The notes beneath the pieces are model-generated. The model was not told the DNA's origin. It did not search any database and saw nothing but the letters and a program-made list of their open reading frames with translations. The position numbers and the translations under genes are program-made. Of a stretch of 64,000 bases of DNA, positions 61,479 to 64,000 are shown piece by piece. The first letter of the stretch is position 1. Every line of letters starts with the position of its first letter. The stretch is from Chiloscyllium plagiosum (taxonomy: Eukaryota): contig NC_057754.1 in the NCBI RefSeq assembly GCF_004010195.1, positions 6,184,583 to 6,248,582 of the forward strand, given 5' to 3'.

Positions 61479-64000
61479 ATTGACTGTTCCTCTCTTACTC
61501 CATCTCTCCGACTCTGGAGTTCCTCCAGGCACTTTGCCTCCTCATCGTCCTCCCCAGACCTCACACCCCATTTATCTCCCGGTCAATCACCAGCGGCCCT
61601 TCCAGCTCCTCGATAACAGCCAACGTGGAGCTTGATGAGGGGGTAACACACTAATGGCGCAGTCCTCTCCCTCTCTACTGCCATGCAGTTCCCAAAGGTA
61701 AATGCCAGTCGAGCTGACGCACACTGGTCTCACCCATATGTGGGACAGTATAAGGCTGTGCCCTTCCCCCGCTCCAGAGGTGCGTCACAACATCTCTGAG
61801 CAAGTTGATGAGAAAGTCTACCTTAACAGGTCTGACCTTTGCTGCCCTTTCTGTTTGGCTTGTCCCCATGTTGCATTCTGGGAATCAGTAAGGTGGACAG
61901 TCCCTACCCCGTTCTGTTGGATGTTGGGCCACACTGTTTGGGATAGGAGCTCCTTGGGGCCCTCTCTCTTTCGTTCTTCCCTGTGATCCCACCCGAAAGT
62001 GTCTGAGATCCTCCTTCGCTCTCATCCTGAACGATTCTTCCCTGAGCATTCCTAGTTCCTTCCTGAAGCTCAGGAGCCAACGATCCAGCTCCGAGCTTTG
62101 GCGGACATTATTCTAGTCAACGAAGGTGTGCGCCACCGGTGTCTGTCATCCCCTCCTACCTCAGGAAGGGGACGCTGAAAGGTTTTCTTGGACTGCGTGG
62201 TCGAAGGGATGACGCAGGATCTCCAAGGTTTTGGGGGAACTGGCCAATCCATCTGCTGAGGTGGGCCAGCTGGTGAGAGCCATTGACCAACCAGAGGCCA
62301 GTGTCCCCATTAGCTCAGCGACATCTGGATGAGTTACTTTAAAAAAGGTCTCATTTCATCAGAAGCAGCTCAGGGAAGGGTCACCGGGGTGGTCCCCAGT
62401 GCGGAGGGATTGCCTCACCAGCAAAGGATAAATGAGTTGGGACTCTGTCACCGGAGTTTAGAAGGATATGAGGTGATCTCCCGTTGAGGGGCTTGACAGG
62501 GTCAATGCTGAGAGGGTGTCTCCCCCCTCACAGGAGGGTCTGGGACCAGAGGGGATTGGAATAAAAGGGGGCGCCAATTTCAGATTGAGATGAGGAGGAA
62601 TTTCTTCTCTTGGAGTGTTAGGAGTCTTTGGAACACCTTGCCTCAGAGAACGGGGAGGGTGGGGGGGTTTGGAGGATGGAGGGCAGAGTCCTTGTGAATG
62701 TTTAAGGCCGAGACCATGAGATCGGTCGAGGCCAGAAGGGCGGGAAAGTGAGGAATGGCGGAGCAGCCCTAGAGGGGCCGAATGGCCTACTCCAGCTCCT
62801 TAAGGTCAGCCGGTGAGGTAGAGTTGATGGCACACAGTGGGAAGAGCGTCCAGGATCACAAGAGGACCGACTGACTGGTTTATGCAGGGTGGGGGATGGT
62901 GGAGGGGGAAGGGGGTTTGTCTGTTCTGGGGCCTGCGGGAAGGGAGGGTGGGACAGTCTCATTCCACCAGTCGCTGAGGAAGGCAAACAGCGCATAGCAA
63001 GAGCATTCGAGTGCAGGACCAGGGATGTCTCAGTATAGGGGGGGGAGAGAAATGCAGAAAATAGGGGTGGGGTAGGCCATTCGCCCCCCCCCCCCCATGT
63101 CTGCTCTGCCATCTTGAGACTGAGACAAGGAGGAATTTCTTCTCTCAGAGAGTGCTGTGGGTCAGGTGGGGAGCAAAACCCTTGTGTAGATCGATTCTTG
63201 ATCATCCAACCCTTCCCGTGCTTTCTCCCCCTCAACCCACCCTCTTTGATCCCTCAGACCCCTTCCTGAAGACGTTCAATGTTTTGGCCTCAACAGCTCT
63301 CCGTGGTAGGGGAATCCCAGCAGCTCTCTGGGTGGAGTACGTCAGCTCAGTTCTAACCCCACCATTGTTAGGCTATGACCGCTCCTACCCTCCCATTGTG
63401 GACTCCCCGCCCCCCGAGGGGGTGGGTGGGAGGGAATGGAGAGAGGGCGCGGGGGGGAGCAACCGTCAAGACCCTTTCCCTAGACGAGTCAAGGGGGCGA
63501 CAATTTCCAAGCCAACGTTTCAGCCGGAGCGGTGGAGTTGGCACCAAAAGCCCCAGAGGCGCTCGGATCTGAGCCGAGTGGACACGCAAGGCCATTCTGC
63601 CCTCATCCTGGTAGTGTCGATGCGCACGTACTCCCGGTCACAGCCTCCACGGGCCTCCGGCCCTCCAGGAGCAACTCGGAAAGGGAACCCTTCACAAACA
63701 CGGTGGTCATCCTATGGGCACCGACACCTCCTCCACCCCCCTCGCCCCAAACCCGCATCCTTTGAAAACACTCCCTTGCCCCTCTGAAACAGAATTCCCT
63801 ACCACCCTGGATTGTTCAGGACAATCCTTAACAATTGTTCCACACTAAGGCACGGTCACAGAGCTGAAAGACAAAACAAAGACCATGTTTTCATGTAACA
63901 ACGTTGGCCTGAATGAAGCAAAGGGATTTCTTGTCCTGCAAAGGTGGTCTCAACATCATTTTTTTTTTGCCAGAACTTTTATGTCAATTCCAGGCCAGCA

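Noticed and set aside
63152..63787. 211-aa ORF and other GC-rich ORFs at 59-64 kb
   Set aside because: No recognisable domain, partly CR1 3' UTR sequence; long open frames are expected by chance in GC-rich DNA.

Overview
This window is vertebrate genomic DNA, almost certainly from a shark or ray, inferred from the HE1-type SINEs, the dense CR1/L2/Penelope debris and the neurexin sequence. It is not prokaryotic: there is no CRISPR array, operon or rRNA, and nearly all short ORFs in the track are noise or decayed retroelement pieces. Three 500-N scaffold gaps (407-906, 30510-31009, 47010-47509) and three sized gaps split the window. The AT-richer left part (1-47 kb) holds decayed C2H2 zinc-finger genes: one multi-finger pseudogene and three homologous promoter/exon relics. 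It also holds nested LINEs and SINEs, a solo LTR and segmental duplications of several ages, including a ~6.1 kb tandem duplication. The GC-richer right part (47.5-64 kb) carries two clean minus-strand coding exons of alpha-neurexin, best matching NRXN2. The 1.07 kb intron between them is mostly an inverted 70-bp satellite, and upstream lies a 3.2 kb minisatellite of 45/46-bp units. The most notable hidden signal is at least four families of short Penelope-associated elements, often hairpin-shaped and some flanked by target-site duplications. Each carries a minimal hammerhead-ribozyme core (CTGAnGA-A-stemII-GAAA-short palindrome) with covarying stem II. Family assignments come from recalled motifs, not database searches.
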